DNA of 64,000 bases from an uncultured Nitrososphaerota archaeon (GCA_964594835.1 CAZQNA010000002.1:64001-128000); one strand, 5' to 3'. Shown: positions 28,750 to 39,161, counted from the stretch's first letter. Numbers and translations: made by a program. Notes: a model not told the origin generated them from the sequence alone.

Positions 28750-29172
28750 ATGCTCGACGAGGAGGAGTTCGGGCGCTGGATGGGCAGCGCCAGGCACACG
28801 CTTCGGTCGGCCATGAGGGACCTGGAGGGCGGAGACTACAACTGGGCCTGCTTCAAGTCTCAGCAGGCCGCGGAGTACGCCCTCAAGGCGTATCTCTGGG
28901 GCGTGGGGCAGCCCGCCTTTGGACACAGCCTGCTGAGGCTCTCTGAGCTGATTGGAGAGGTTCCCGACGACGTGAGGGACGCCTGCGCGAGGCTGGACAA
29001 GTTCTACACGGCGCCGAGGTACGCGGACATGTGGTCAGAGGGGTCGCCCCACGAGTACTACACTCGGAGGGAGGCGGAAGAGGCCATTTTTTATGCCCGG
29101 AGGGTGATGGAGTTCGTCGAGGAAAAGTGGAGGTCATTGAGAGGAGGAGGAGAGAGAGGGAAGAGAGGCTGA
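28750..29172 (+). CDS. HEPN-domain protein
   Basis: YNWACFKSQQAAEYALKA, GHSL and LDKFY..PRY motifs. Confidence 0.85.
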   Translation: MLDEEEFGRWMGSARHTLRSAMRDLEGGDYNWACFKSQQAAEYALKAYLWGVGQPAFGHSLLRLSELIGEVPDDVRDACARLDKFYTAPRYADMWSEGSPHEYYTRREAEEAIFYARRVMEFVEEKWRSLRGGGERGKRG

Positions 29173-29519
29173 GGAGGGCAAAGAGGTTCGCCGAGTCCAT
29201 CCTGGGCCTGGTCCGCCCCGCCTCCGTGATAGTGATTGGATCGACCGCCAGGGGTGACTTCAACGCCTGGAGCGACATAGACGTCCTGATAGTCTCCCCG
29301 TCCCTGCCCAAGAACCCCCTCGAGAGGTACGATCTCCTCCGACCCCACCTCCTACCTGGAATTGAGCCTATACCGCTCAGGCCGGAGGACGTCGAGAGGC
29401 TGGTGGAGAAGGGGGCTCCGGTTATCGACGACGTGGCGAGGGGGGTGCCGCTGCTCGACGACCTGGGCCTGCTGAGGCGCCTCTCGGGGAGGTCCAGGCC
29501 GGGACCCCCCAATTATTAA
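29127..29519 (+). CDS. Minimal nucleotidyltransferase (MNT)
   Basis: IGSTARGDFNAWSDIDVLIV motif; overlaps the HEPN 3' end. Confidence 0.82.
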   Translation: MEVIERRRREREERLRRAKRFAESILGLVRPASVIVIGSTARGDFNAWSDIDVLIVSPSLPKNPLERYDLLRPHLLPGIEPIPLRPEDVERLVEKGAPVIDDVARGVPLLDDLGLLRRLSGRSRPGPPNY

Positions 29520-29538
29520 GCCGGAGCCCTTAACTCCC

Positions 29539-31122
29539 GTGATGCCCCCCGCCCGGGAGCCCGAGAGGGACGAGGGCTGCGTGGAGTACAAGCTCAGGCT
29601 GGACGCCGCCACGCCAGAGAGGGTCCAGAAGCTCGCCACTCAGCTGAACTACCGGCTCAACGAGGGCGGGGGCGAGGCGTTCTACGAGCTGGGCGTGACC
29701 GACGACGGAGAGCCGGTTGGGCTGACCGAGGAGGAGGCCCAGAGGTCCCTCCGCGTGATGGACCAGGTGTGCGAGATCGTCGGCGCCTCCTACATCGTCG
29801 TGAGGAAGGAGAGGGCCAAGAGGGGGCACGTCTACGAGCTCCTGGTGAGGAGGACCGTCGACACCCCGCCGATACAGGTCTCCGTGGTCCTGCTGGGAAA
29901 CGTGGACGCCGGGAAGTCCACCCTGAAGGGGGTCCTGGTTTACGGCCAGCTGGACGACGGGGACGGCCTGGCCATGAGCATGGTCGCCAGGTACCTGCAC
30001 GAGCTGAAGTTCCGCAGGTCCTCCAGCGTGACCTTCCACGTCCTGGGGTTCGACGAGAGGGGGAGGAGCGTGAACGACGAGCTCGGAGCGTACGACGAGG
30101 CCCAGGTCTACCTCAGGGCCTCCAAGGTCGTCACGCTCGTCGACCTGGCGGGCCACGAGAGGTACCTCAAGACCACCATGAGGGGCGTCCTCGGCTCCGC
30201 CCCGGACTACGCGTGCATGGTGGTGGCCGGCAACGCCGGCCCCATCGGGAGCTTCAGGGAGCACCTGGGCATGGCGGTCGCCCTCCGGATTCCGGTCTTC
30301 GTGGTGGTCACCAAGGTGGACATGGCCCCCCCAGAGGTGCTGGGCAGGACCCTGAGGGACGTGGAAGCCTACCTCAAGCTTCCGGGGGTCAACAAGATCC
30401 CGTTCGTCGTGAAGTCTCAGGGAGACGCGGCCGTGGCGGCCAGGAACATGCCCCACGGCAGGGTGGCGCCCATATTCCTGGTCTCCAACGTCACCGGTCA
30501 GGGGCTCGACCTCCTGAAGTCCTTCGTGAACATGCTGCCCCCGAGGCTGGACTGGTCCGAGAGGCAGGGAGGGAGGTTCCTGAGCTACGTGGACGAGAAG
30601 TTCGACGTCTCTGGAGTCGGGCTGGTGGTTTCCGGGCTGGTGGAGTCCGGATCAGTCTCGGCGGGCGAAAGGGTGCTCCTGGGACCCTTCGACGACGGCT
30701 CCTTCCGCACCGTCAGGGTCAGGTCGATCCACGTGAACAGGGTCCCGGTGGAGAGGGCCGTCGCGGGGCAGATGGCCGGCTTCGCCCTGGCCAACGTGGA
30801 GTACGACGAGGTCAGGAGGGGGATGGTCCTCCTGGACCTCAACGAGAGGCCCAGGGCCGTTAGGGAGTTTCAGGCCAGGATAAGGGTCCTCCACCACCCC
30901 ACCACGATAAGGCCCGGCTACGAGCCCGTGATCCAGCTCAAGACCATAAGGCAGAGCGCCAAGCTGGTCACGTGCACGAAGGGGGTCCTCAGGAGCGGGG
31001 ACGTCGACACGGCGGTGTTCAGGTTCAAGATGAGGCCCGAGTACATCAACGAGGGCGACGTGTTCTTCTTCCGGGAGGGCAGGACCAAGGGGATGGGCCG
31101 CGTGACGAGGCTCATAGCCTGA
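29539..31122 (+). CDS. GTPBP1-family translational GTPase
   Basis: VEYKL...EG.GEA.YELG N-domain; GNVDAGKST, DLAGHERY and TKVD motifs; C-terminal HPTTI and FREGRTKG. Confidence 0.9.
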   Translation: MMPPAREPERDEGCVEYKLRLDAATPERVQKLATQLNYRLNEGGGEAFYELGVTDDGEPVGLTEEEAQRSLRVMDQVCEIVGASYIVVRKERAKRGHVYELLVRRTVDTPPIQVSVVLLGNVDAGKSTLKGVLVYGQLDDGDGLAMSMVARYLHELKFRRSSSVTFHVLGFDERGRSVNDELGAYDEAQVYLRASKVVTLVDLAGHERYLKTTMRGVLGSAPDYACMVVAGNAGPIGSFREHLGMAVALRIPVFVVVTKVDMAPPEVLGRTLRDVEAYLKLPGVNKIPFVVKSQGDAAVAARNMPHGRVAPIFLVSNVTGQGLDLLKSFVNMLPPRLDWSERQGGRFLSYVDEKFDVSGVGLVVSGLVESGSVSAGERVLLGPFDDGSFRTVRVRSIHVNRVPVERAVAGQMAGFALANVEYDEVRRGMVLLDLNERPRAVREFQARIRVLHHPTTIRPGYEPVIQLKTIRQSAKLVTCTKGVLRSGDVDTAVFRFKMRPEYINEGDVFFFREGRTKGMGRVTRLIA

Positions 31123-31210
31123 GCCGGGGCCCGCCAAATTTGGTTCAAGTTTTGGGCTCATCTCTCAAGTAAAATTTATCACTTCCGGCCCCAGAGTATC
31201 TTGATTCTCC

Positions 31211-31606
31211 ATGTACGGGGAGGCCTCCCTCTCGGAGAGGCTCGAGAGGGTCCTGAGGTACCTGGCATACGACTGCCCCGGCGTCCAGGCCGCGGCGCTC
31301 GTCAGCTACGACGGGCTCATCATGGCTTCCTCCCTGAACGGAGACGCCGACGAGGACCGGGTGGCCGCCATGAGCGCGGCCCTCCTCTCGGTGTCCGAGA
31401 AGATAGGGGCCGAGCTGGACAGGGGGGAGTTCGAGGCGGCCCTGGTCAGCGGCTCGAAGGGCTTCGTGATAGTGAGCCCCGTGAACGGCGACGCCCTCCT
31501 CGTAGTCCTGGCCGGGAGGGACTCCAAGCTCGGGCTCGTCAAGTACGAGATGAGGCGGGTAGGGAAGATGCTGGCGGAGGAGCTGTCCAGGGCGGGCTAC
31601 CCCTGA
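31211..31606 (+). CDS. Roadblock/LC7 (MglB-like) domain protein
   Basis: ALVSYDGL.MAS, DRVAAMSAALL and KLGLV motifs. Confidence 0.85.
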   Translation: MYGEASLSERLERVLRYLAYDCPGVQAAALVSYDGLIMASSLNGDADEDRVAAMSAALLSVSEKIGAELDRGEFEAALVSGSKGFVIVSPVNGDALLVVLAGRDSKLGLVKYEMRRVGKMLAEELSRAGYP

Positions 31607-31629
31607 CCTCCCGGCCCAGTCGTAGTGGG

Positions 31630-32487
31630 TCACGTCAGCCCAAGCGCCACCAGGGCCAGCCCCAGGCTTATCAGGGCCCCGCCCGCCAGCACCCTCCGAC
31701 TGAGGGGCTCTCTCATCACGATCCTCCCTGCCACCTGGGACACGAGCGGGGTGATCGAGCTGGCCAGTGAGGACGGCCCGACCCCGAGCGCCTCCATGGC
31801 CGAGTAGTAGAGGACGAGCCCCAGCCCGAGGCCGAAGACCCCGCTGGCGGCCGACACCCCGGCGGCCTCGGCGTCCCTCGCCAGCGAGGGTCCCCTGAAG
31901 GCGATCCACCCCGAGAAGGCGAGGGCCAGAGAGGCGGCCCTCCAGGCGGCCACGGTGAGCGGGTGAGAGTAGAAGAGAGCCTCCCTGGAGAGCACGGCGC
32001 CCAGGGCCCAGCACGCGGAGGTGAGGGCCGCAAGGCCCAGGGCCGAGAACCTGCTGGACGGGGCGCCCTCCGAGGAGAGGACCCATATCCCGATAACCGA
32101 TGAGGCCGCCCCAGCGAGCGTGAGGGGGCCCACGGGCTCCCCAAACAGGAGCCCCCCGAGGAGCTGAGCCCACACGACGTAGGTGAAGGCTATCGGGACC
32201 ACCCTGGAGGGACCCTCCCTGTCGAGCGCCTCGGTGTATGCCAGGAGGCCTATCCCCGGTCCGACGGCGGCGCTGGCCAGCGTGAAGGCCGCGGCCCGGG
32301 GCCCCATGCCCAGGACGCCCCTCGAGGCGCAGATCGGGATCAGCGCCGCCGCCGCGCCGATGTTCCTCCAGGCGTTCACGTAGACCGAGTCCGTCCGCCG
32401 CACCGCGAACTCTATCATCAGGGGGACCAGGCCCCAGATGGCCGCAGCGGCCAGGGCCTCCAGCATGTGCTGGATCAGCTCACTCAC
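31630..32487 (-). CDS. DMT/EamA-family transporter
   Basis: Duplicated 5-TM unit (A..WG...; FGE.VG / MRE.LS); GTGA overlap with the HAD gene. Confidence 0.8.
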   Translation of the reverse strand: MSELIQHMLEALAAAAIWGLVPLMIEFAVRRTDSVYVNAWRNIGAAAALIPICASRGVLGMGPRAAAFTLASAAVGPGIGLLAYTEALDREGPSRVVPIAFTYVVWAQLLGGLLFGEPVGPLTLAGAASSVIGIWVLSSEGAPSSRFSALGLAALTSACWALGAVLSREALFYSHPLTVAAWRAASLALAFSGWIAFRGPSLARDAEAAGVSAASGVFGLGLGLVLYYSAMEALGVGPSSLASSITPLVSQVAGRIVMREPLSRRVLAGGALISLGLALVALGLT

Positions 32488-33104
32488 CCCCCTCGGCCCA
32501 GCAGCTGGGGCACCTCCCTGAGGTCGCCCACGACCGCCCCCCTGAACCCCAGCCGGCGGGCCCTCTCTAGGCACTCCGCCCTGCCCAGCCTGCAGACCCA
32601 GACCTCCCTGAGGCCCATGCCCACGGACTGGACCTCGACGAGCTGGTCCAGGTGGTCGTCCACCAGGGCCAGTCGGCTCCCGCCCCCGAGCCGCCTCGCA
32701 AGGACCCTGACCTGGGAAGCCCTGTCCGGCCCGTCCTCCCTGGTGACGAGGTCCCTGAACAGCCTCCTGATGCCGTGGAACTCCAGGGCCGCCTCAGCGG
32801 CCCTCCTGGACTGCAGGGTCGTCAGGTACAGGTCGAAGGAGGTCGAGAGCCTCTCCAGCACGGGCCTGACCTCGGGGAAGAGCCTTGAATCCGGCACCGC
32901 GGCCAGCTCACCCCTCTCAACGATGGAGCTCACCACCCAGTACTCCTCCGTCCCCCACAGCTCCCTGAGGAGGTCCCTGAACCTCACCACGGGCCTGGAG
33001 ATGGCCTCAGAGACCTCCGCCTTGAGTCGATCCCACTCGACCGGAAGCGTCAGCAGCGTCCCGTCCATGTCGAAGGCGACGGCCCCGCCCATCTCCGAGC
33101 TCAC
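32484..33104 (-). CDS. HAD-superfamily hydrolase
   Basis: AFDMDGTL motif I; VDD...Q motif IV variant. Confidence 0.75.
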   Translation of the reverse strand: MSSEMGGAVAFDMDGTLLTLPVEWDRLKAEVSEAISRPVVRFRDLLRELWGTEEYWVVSSIVERGELAAVPDSRLFPEVRPVLERLSTSFDLYLTTLQSRRAAEAALEFHGIRRLFRDLVTREDGPDRASQVRVLARRLGGGSRLALVDDHLDQLVEVQSVGMGLREVWVCRLGRAECLERARRLGFRGAVVGDLREVPQLLGRGG

Positions 33105-33347
33105 CGGGGAGCCTGGCTATAACCTCGCCGCGCCGGAGACCGGCCGACGATGTTGGCGGCGCGTGGCGGACCCCCTGGACCCTCGCCCGATGGTCAATCG
33201 CCCCGCCGATCGACTGGCCCTCCACGCCGGGTCGGCCAGGGCCTAGTAGTCCCCACAGACGGTCGGAACTCCTCCTCGGACCGCTCGCGCGACCTCTCGC
33301 CCCGGGGGAAACCCATTAAACCTGCCCGCGACCCTCACCCGGAGCGA

Positions 33348-34700
33348 ATGTCCACCCGCGCCGAGAGGGCGGCGGCCGCCTCGATAGCGGTCTCTGTGGC
33401 CACGGTGGCCGTTAAGGTGTTCGTCCAGCTGATCACGGGCAGCGTGGTGGTGGCAGCCGAGGTGGTCGACTCCCTGGGGGACGTGGTGACGTCCTCGGTG
33501 AGCCTCCTGGCGGTGAGGCTCTCCAGGCGGCCCCCAGACGCCGATCACCCCTACGGGCACGCCAAGTACGACAGCCTCCTGGGGCTGATGGCGTCTGCCC
33601 TCCTCTTTGAGGCGGAGGCCTACGTCCTACTCAGGAGCGCAAGCTCCCTCCTATCGGGTTACTCGCCGCCCAGGGCCCCGCCCCTCGCGCTGTGGGCGCT
33701 TCTCGGGACCAGCGTGGTCAACGTCTTCAGGTCGGCGGCCCTGTGGGCCGTCGGTAGGGGGAGCAGGAGCAGGGTCCTCCAGTCGGAGGCCCTGAACTAC
33801 GGGTGGGACGCTGGCAGGACGGTGGTGGTGGCAGGGGTCCTGCTGCTGTCGAGCAGATCCCTCCCCTGGCTCGACCCGGCCTCGGCCATCGCGGTATCGC
33901 TTGCCGTGATGCCCTCCACGCTGAGGGTAGCCTACTGGTCCGCGGCCGACCTGCTGGACAGGGTCGACCCGAGCCTCGTCGAGGCCATCCGCCGGGCGCT
34001 GTCCTCGACTGAGGGGGTGAGGTGGGTGGAGAGGGTCAGGGCCAGGAGGGCGGGTCGGGTGGTGATGGTCGACGCCGTGTTCGGAGTGGACCCGGAGCTG
34101 ACAACTGAGCAGGCGTCTCTCGTGGCGGCCGAGGCCCAGAGGTCCGTTGAGGGAGTCGTCGGGGGTCCGTGCGACGTGACCCTCGCCGTCAGGCCGGCCG
34201 GGGAGGGCCTCGCGGCTAGGGCGGCCAGGATCGCGGAGGCGGAGGAGGGCGTCGTGGGGGTCCACTCCGTCGAGCTCTACGGCCCCGGGAGGGACAGGCT
34301 CACCCTCCACCTGGTGATAGACGGGAGCCTGAGGCTGGGGGATGCAGACAGGATAGCCAGGAGGGTGGAGAGGAGGATCGCGAGCGAGCTCTCCCTGAGG
34401 CAGGTCGTGGCGCACATAGACCACTCCGTCCGGAGGTCGAGGCCCCACCTGGACCTGGAGGCTATCAGGCGGGCCGCCGAGTCCGTTCCATCGGTCAGGT
34501 GGGCGGAGGTGGGGGAGGTGAGGTGCTCCGACGGCAGGTTCAGGCTGGAGGTCACGGTCGGCGCCGACCCCTCCATGAGCTTGGCCGAGGCGAACAGGCT
34601 GGCCCACGAGGTGCAGGCCGCCCTGGCCGAGGTGGCCCCGGACGCCGTGGCGGTGGTCAGGGTGACCGCGGCCGGCCGGAGGGCCGGGCGAACCGCCTGA
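33348..34700 (+). CDS. Cation diffusion facilitator with three tandem C-terminal dimerisation domains
   Basis: PPDADHPYGHAK and WLDP motifs; three repeats of the ZT_dimer-like pattern. Confidence 0.82.
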   Translation: MSTRAERAAAASIAVSVATVAVKVFVQLITGSVVVAAEVVDSLGDVVTSSVSLLAVRLSRRPPDADHPYGHAKYDSLLGLMASALLFEAEAYVLLRSASSLLSGYSPPRAPPLALWALLGTSVVNVFRSAALWAVGRGSRSRVLQSEALNYGWDAGRTVVVAGVLLLSSRSLPWLDPASAIAVSLAVMPSTLRVAYWSAADLLDRVDPSLVEAIRRALSSTEGVRWVERVRARRAGRVVMVDAVFGVDPELTTEQASLVAAEAQRSVEGVVGGPCDVTLAVRPAGEGLAARAARIAEAEEGVVGVHSVELYGPGRDRLTLHLVIDGSLRLGDADRIARRVERRIASELSLRQVVAHIDHSVRRSRPHLDLEAIRRAAESVPSVRWAEVGEVRCSDGRFRLEVTVGADPSMSLAEANRLAHEVQAALAEVAPDAVAVVRVTAAGRRAGRTA

Positions 34701-34729
34701 GTATTTAGCAACCCTCCGGCGGCCGACCC

Positions 34730-36685
34730 GTGCGGTCTGGGTCCAGGCTTGAGGGCCGCGTCATCGGTTCCGAGATCCCGCGCTTCAGGAGCCGTTGGTT
34801 CGGGGTCCTGGACGTTGAGGTCGGAGGCCGGAGGGTCTCTCTCCTGATGTCCGGGACGGTCGCTCAGTGGTTCGAGACTGGGGAGACGATCCTCCTGGAG
34901 ACGCCCAGGGGCGGGCTTAGGGACGGCGAGAGGCTCGGTTTCGACGAGTACGCCCTCAGGAGGGTCACCGGGGAGGGACCTGTGCAGGTGTGGCCGGTCT
35001 TCTCCAGGGACTACGAGTCCCAGAGGCTGAGCCCGGTCACGGGTGAGCCGATCTACACCTACAGGATAAGGGCGAGGGAGGCCACGTACGAGAGGGACTT
35101 TGAGGCCGTCGCCGAGCTGGAGCAGTACCACTACGCCTCCGAGAAGGAGCTCGTCGCGCTGTGGAGGTGCGACGCCTGCGGCGAGATACTGGAGGCCAAC
35201 ACGAGGCCGACGTGCCCGAGGTGCGGGACGGACGAGAGGGTCCACATCCTAGAGATAAAGGGATCGACGCCCGCCTCCAGGTTCCTAGTCCTCGAGCTCG
35301 TTGAGAGGGAGGAGTACGAGCCCCGCTACGTGGCCTACGTGAGGATCGACCCTCCCGTCCCTAGGATGCACCGCAGGCTGCCGGACGGCTCGATCGTGAG
35401 GGACGTGAGGGAGAGGGTGTTCCCTGAGGGCTGGTTCCGCCCGGTGTACAACCCGGAGGAGCTCCTGAGGGAGAGGCTGGCCGAGCTGAGGGGGAGGTAC
35501 GGCAGGGAGGTGGGGCTGAGGAGGCTGTGGGAGGAGGTCAAGTGGGAGGCGCTCAGGCGGACGGATGCCGCAGCGTCGAGGGTGGCGAGGGTCGTCGTGC
35601 ACCCGGACTACAGGTCCGACGGTCTCGGCCAGCTCTCGGTGAGGGCGGCCCTGGAGTGGGTTCGCGAGCGCAGGATCCCCGAGATGAGGAGGGAGAAGCA
35701 CCTGGTCGAGACCATCGCCCAGATGGCCAGGTACAATCCCTTCTTCGAGAAGGTGGGATTCAGGTACGTCTGGGACACCGCCTCCGGCAGGCCGGTCCTC
35801 TACTACCCGCTGACCGACGAGGGGAGGGAGGCGCTGGAGAGGTTCCTGCGGACTGACCCAGTGGCGAGGGAGCACGGAGGCAGGCTCTGCGTCCCGACGT
35901 ACGGGAGGGTCGAGGCGCTTGAGGGCCCGATATGGCTGGAAAACGTGTCCATGGTGTTCGAGAGCGAGCTGAACGTAGAGGGCCTCCCCGAGAGGATCAG
36001 GGAGCTGCTGGAGGCCTTCGGCGTGAAGAGCCGAGTCATACAGAGGCAGGTCCTGAGGGGGGTGAACCTGCAGATATCCCCGGGGGAGGTAATAGCGATA
36101 GTGGGCGCCTCGGGGGCCGGAAAGACCACGCTTCTCAGGCTGGTATGGGGTGCGTGCGAGGGGCTGCGTGGCAGGAAGTTCGAGCCCACCTCTGGGAGGG
36201 TCGTGGCCCCGGCGAACGCCAGGGTTTCCGTCCTGATCCCCGGGGAGAGGGAGCCGGAGTTCGGAGACGAGTCTATACTGGAGCACGTGTACGCGAAGCT
36301 TGGAGACGAGAGGACGGCGGTGGAGGTGCTGAACAGGTGCGGCCTCTCAGACGCGGTCCTATACAGGGCCAGGTACCGCGAGCTCTCCACGGGCCAGAGG
36401 GAGAGGGCGAGGCTGGCGAGCGTGCTGGCCGAGAGACCCAACGTGCTGCTGGTGGACGAGTTCGCCGCCCACCTGGACGCCCTGACGGCGATGAGGATCG
36501 CGAGAGCCCTCAGCAAGCTGGCCAGGGAGGCGGGGATGACGGCCCTCGTGGTCACCCATAGGTGGGAGGTGATAAGGGCCATGGATCCAGACAGGGTCCT
36601 GTTCGTCGGGTACGGGACGGCTTCTGAGTCTAGGGAGTGGGCCGGTCGGCGAGCCGCCTTCGATCGATTCGGGCGAAGGGCCTAG
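34730..36685 (+). CDS. GNAT acetyltransferase/Zn-ribbon fused to an ABC ATPase (COG2401-like)
   Basis: ELEQYHY, CxxC..CxxC, RVVVHPDYRSDGLG, GASGAGKTT, LSTGQ and VDEF.AHLD motifs. Confidence 0.82.
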   Translation: MRSGSRLEGRVIGSEIPRFRSRWFGVLDVEVGGRRVSLLMSGTVAQWFETGETILLETPRGGLRDGERLGFDEYALRRVTGEGPVQVWPVFSRDYESQRLSPVTGEPIYTYRIRAREATYERDFEAVAELEQYHYASEKELVALWRCDACGEILEANTRPTCPRCGTDERVHILEIKGSTPASRFLVLELVEREEYEPRYVAYVRIDPPVPRMHRRLPDGSIVRDVRERVFPEGWFRPVYNPEELLRERLAELRGRYGREVGLRRLWEEVKWEALRRTDAAASRVARVVVHPDYRSDGLGQLSVRAALEWVRERRIPEMRREKHLVETIAQMARYNPFFEKVGFRYVWDTASGRPVLYYPLTDEGREALERFLRTDPVAREHGGRLCVPTYGRVEALEGPIWLENVSMVFESELNVEGLPERIRELLEAFGVKSRVIQRQVLRGVNLQISPGEVIAIVGASGAGKTTLLRLVWGACEGLRGRKFEPTSGRVVAPANARVSVLIPGEREPEFGDESILEHVYAKLGDERTAVEVLNRCGLSDAVLYRARYRELSTGQRERARLASVLAERPNVLLVDEFAAHLDALTAMRIARALSKLAREAGMTALVVTHRWEVIRAMDPDRVLFVGYGTASESREWAGRRAAFDRFGRRA

Positions 36686-36776
36686 TTGAGTATAACTCTC
36701 TCTACAAGATTCCCGAGATTCGCTCGCATCATTAAGGTTAAATTCGCGTAGATTTCAAAGATAGATCGGTGTTGAT

Positions 36777-39161
36777 TTGAGGAAGGCTGCAGGACTCATC
36801 CTCCTTGGCCAGATCCTCTCCGTGGGATTGCTGATGCTCTCAGGCCCAGCCCCGGCCTCGGCGGCGCCTGTCGAGATATACGACAGGACCTGCACGGCCG
36901 TGGGAGGTTGGGACTACATCATAAACCACATGCCGATAGGAGAGGCCTTCGTGCCCAGGCTCGGGACACTCACAACGGTCGAGGTCTACGTGGAGAACAA
37001 GTACGGGAGCCCGTCCCCACTCACCCTGAAGATCAGGGAGGGGTCCATCACGGGACCCGTCCTGGCCTCTAAGGGCGTCGTGATAGGGCCCGGCGCGAAG
37101 GGCTGGGTGGCCTTCCACTTCAGCCCCGCCCTCGAGGTCGACCCCGGAAGCACCTACGTGATCGAGCTGGTGACCAGCCGCCCGATCGTCTGGTACACTA
37201 CCCCAGCGAGCTGCCCAGACGGTCAGCAGAGGATCACGGACGGCCACCCGTGGGTGAACGCATACATGTTCAAGACCAAGGGCTACAAGCCAGACTTCCA
37301 GGTGGGTCTGAACGCGACCGAGATCACCCTGAGGCAGGGGGAGGCGGTCCACGTTGAGGTGACCCTTACCCCCCTCTACAGGGCGGAGGGGGATGTCCCC
37401 CTCGCGGTGTCCCCGGACCTCTCGGAGCACGGGTTGACCATGGAGTTCAGCGACGATGAGCCGTTCATGGACCCCGAGGATGGGGCTAGTGTGGTGCTCA
37501 CCATCACGGCCTCCGAGGACGCCGACGTGGACGACTACGACGTGAGCGTCGCGGGCACCCTCTCGGGCTTCTGGGGCTTCGTGTCCGAGCAGGCGGACCT
37601 CACCGTCCACGTGGAGGAGGCTCCGAGGGACTTCGAGGTCCAGATCTCTCCCTCGGGCAGGACAGTCGAGGCCGGCTCGTCCACCACCTTCACCGTAGAG
37701 GTCACGCCCATCGGCAACTTCGACCAGACGGTCCACCTGAGCGTGACGGGCCTGCCGGAGGGGGCGACATACGAGTTCAGCAGGACGAGCGGCGTGCCCC
37801 CGTTCTCCTCGACCCTCACCGTGAGCACGCAGACCTCCACCCCAGAGGGGACCTACCTCCTGACGGTAACCGGGTCGGGAGGGGGCAAGGCCCACACAGC
37901 GACGACTCACCTGACGGTCGAGGTGACGGTGGAGCCGGACTTCTCCATCTCGGTCTCCCCCTCCTCTAGGACCGTGACGGCCGGTGAGGTGGCGGAGTAC
38001 TCTATCCAGATAACGCCCACGGCAGGGTTCTCGGCTCCGATCACCGTCTCCCTGGAGGGCCTCCCGCCGGACGCCACGTTCGAGGTGACTCAGACCGGGG
38101 CCTACGCGGCGACCCTCAGGGTTCAGACCGGCGAGACCTCGGGGAGCTTCGTGCTGACCATCACGGCCTCGGGAGGCGGGAAGACCCACTCTGCCACGGT
38201 GAACCTCGTGGTGAACCCGGGGGCTCCGACGACCACTCCCCCGCCGACCACCACGGCCCCGCCGACGACCCCGCCCGCCGGGCGGTTCGACTTCTCCATC
38301 TCGATATCCCCGGCCAGGGTCACGGTCTCACCTGGGGACACCGTCACGTTCTCAGTGACCGTTCAGGCGATCTCTGGGACGCCACAACCCGTCACCCTGA
38401 CCGTGACCGGCCTGCCGTCCGACGCCTCCTACCACATCTCGCCAGACGCGGTCACCCCCACCGGCGGAGCCACCCTGGAGGTCATGACGGGCTCCACCAC
38501 CGGGAGCTTCACGCTGGTGGTGACCGGGTCGGCCGCGGGGGTGACGAGGTCGGCCACGGCCACGCTCTTGATTCAGGAGCAGCCCGTCCCCAGCAGGTGC
38601 GTGATCGCCACGGCGGCCTACGGGTCAGAGATGGCCCCCCAGGTGCAGATGCTGAGGGAGTTCAGGGATCGGGTGATTCTCGAGACCTTCTCGGGGGCAT
38701 CTTTCATGAGGGCCTTCAACGCCTTCTACTACTCCTGGAGCCCGCCCGTGGCGGAGTTCATCAGGGACAGGCCGAACGCGAGGCTGGCCGTCAGGGCCTC
38801 CCTGGCCCCGATGCTGTGGTCGCTGTCCATCTCCAAGGGAGTCGTCGAGGTCATGGGAGGACCCTCCGAGCTCAGCGTCGCCCTGGCGGGGATCCTGGCC
38901 TCCGCCCTGATAGGCGCGCTCTACCTCACCCTCCCGGTCTACGCGGCGCTCAGGGCGGCCGGCGTGAGGGTCAGGAGGGGCTGGGTTGAGTTCCTGGGGA
39001 CCGCGTGGGGAGCCAGCGCCGCGGCCCTGGCCGTTGGGACCGCACTGAGGGTGTCGGCAGTCACGATACCCGCCTCTGCGTCGCTGGTCCTGCTCACGAT
39101 CTCCGCCTCCCCGACGCTGATCGCCGCGGCCCTGCAGAGGCTCTCCTCTCCTCGGGGTTAG
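36777..39161 (+). CDS. Secreted/surface protein with about 4 Ig-like repeats, Pro/Thr linker and CFI-box-CTERM domain
   Basis: Signal peptide; repeated DFxIxxSP...GLP...LTVTG units; CVIATAAYGSEMAP.V..LR.FRD...YYSWSPPVA; C-terminal TMs. Confidence 0.8.
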   Translation: MRKAAGLILLGQILSVGLLMLSGPAPASAAPVEIYDRTCTAVGGWDYIINHMPIGEAFVPRLGTLTTVEVYVENKYGSPSPLTLKIREGSITGPVLASKGVVIGPGAKGWVAFHFSPALEVDPGSTYVIELVTSRPIVWYTTPASCPDGQQRITDGHPWVNAYMFKTKGYKPDFQVGLNATEITLRQGEAVHVEVTLTPLYRAEGDVPLAVSPDLSEHGLTMEFSDDEPFMDPEDGASVVLTITASEDADVDDYDVSVAGTLSGFWGFVSEQADLTVHVEEAPRDFEVQISPSGRTVEAGSSTTFTVEVTPIGNFDQTVHLSVTGLPEGATYEFSRTSGVPPFSSTLTVSTQTSTPEGTYLLTVTGSGGGKAHTATTHLTVEVTVEPDFSISVSPSSRTVTAGEVAEYSIQITPTAGFSAPITVSLEGLPPDATFEVTQTGAYAATLRVQTGETSGSFVLTITASGGGKTHSATVNLVVNPGAPTTTPPPTTTAPPTTPPAGRFDFSISISPARVTVSPGDTVTFSVTVQAISGTPQPVTLTVTGLPSDASYHISPDAVTPTGGATLEVMTGSTTGSFTLVVTGSAAGVTRSATATLLIQEQPVPSRCVIATAAYGSEMAPQVQMLREFRDRVILETFSGASFMRAFNAFYYSWSPPVAEFIRDRPNARLAVRASLAPMLWSLSISKGVVEVMGGPSELSVALAGILASALIGALYLTLPVYAALRAAGVRVRRGWVEFLGTAWGASAAALAVGTALRVSAVTIPASASLVLLTISASPTLIAAALQRLSSPRG

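Noticed and set aside
34730-36685. GNAT-ABC fusion as a novel architecture
   Set aside because: Matches a known archaeal family (COG2401-like).
38221-38280. Low-complexity ACC/CCG repeats (also about 13465-13535)
   Set aside because: They encode ordinary Pro/Thr linkers of surface proteins.
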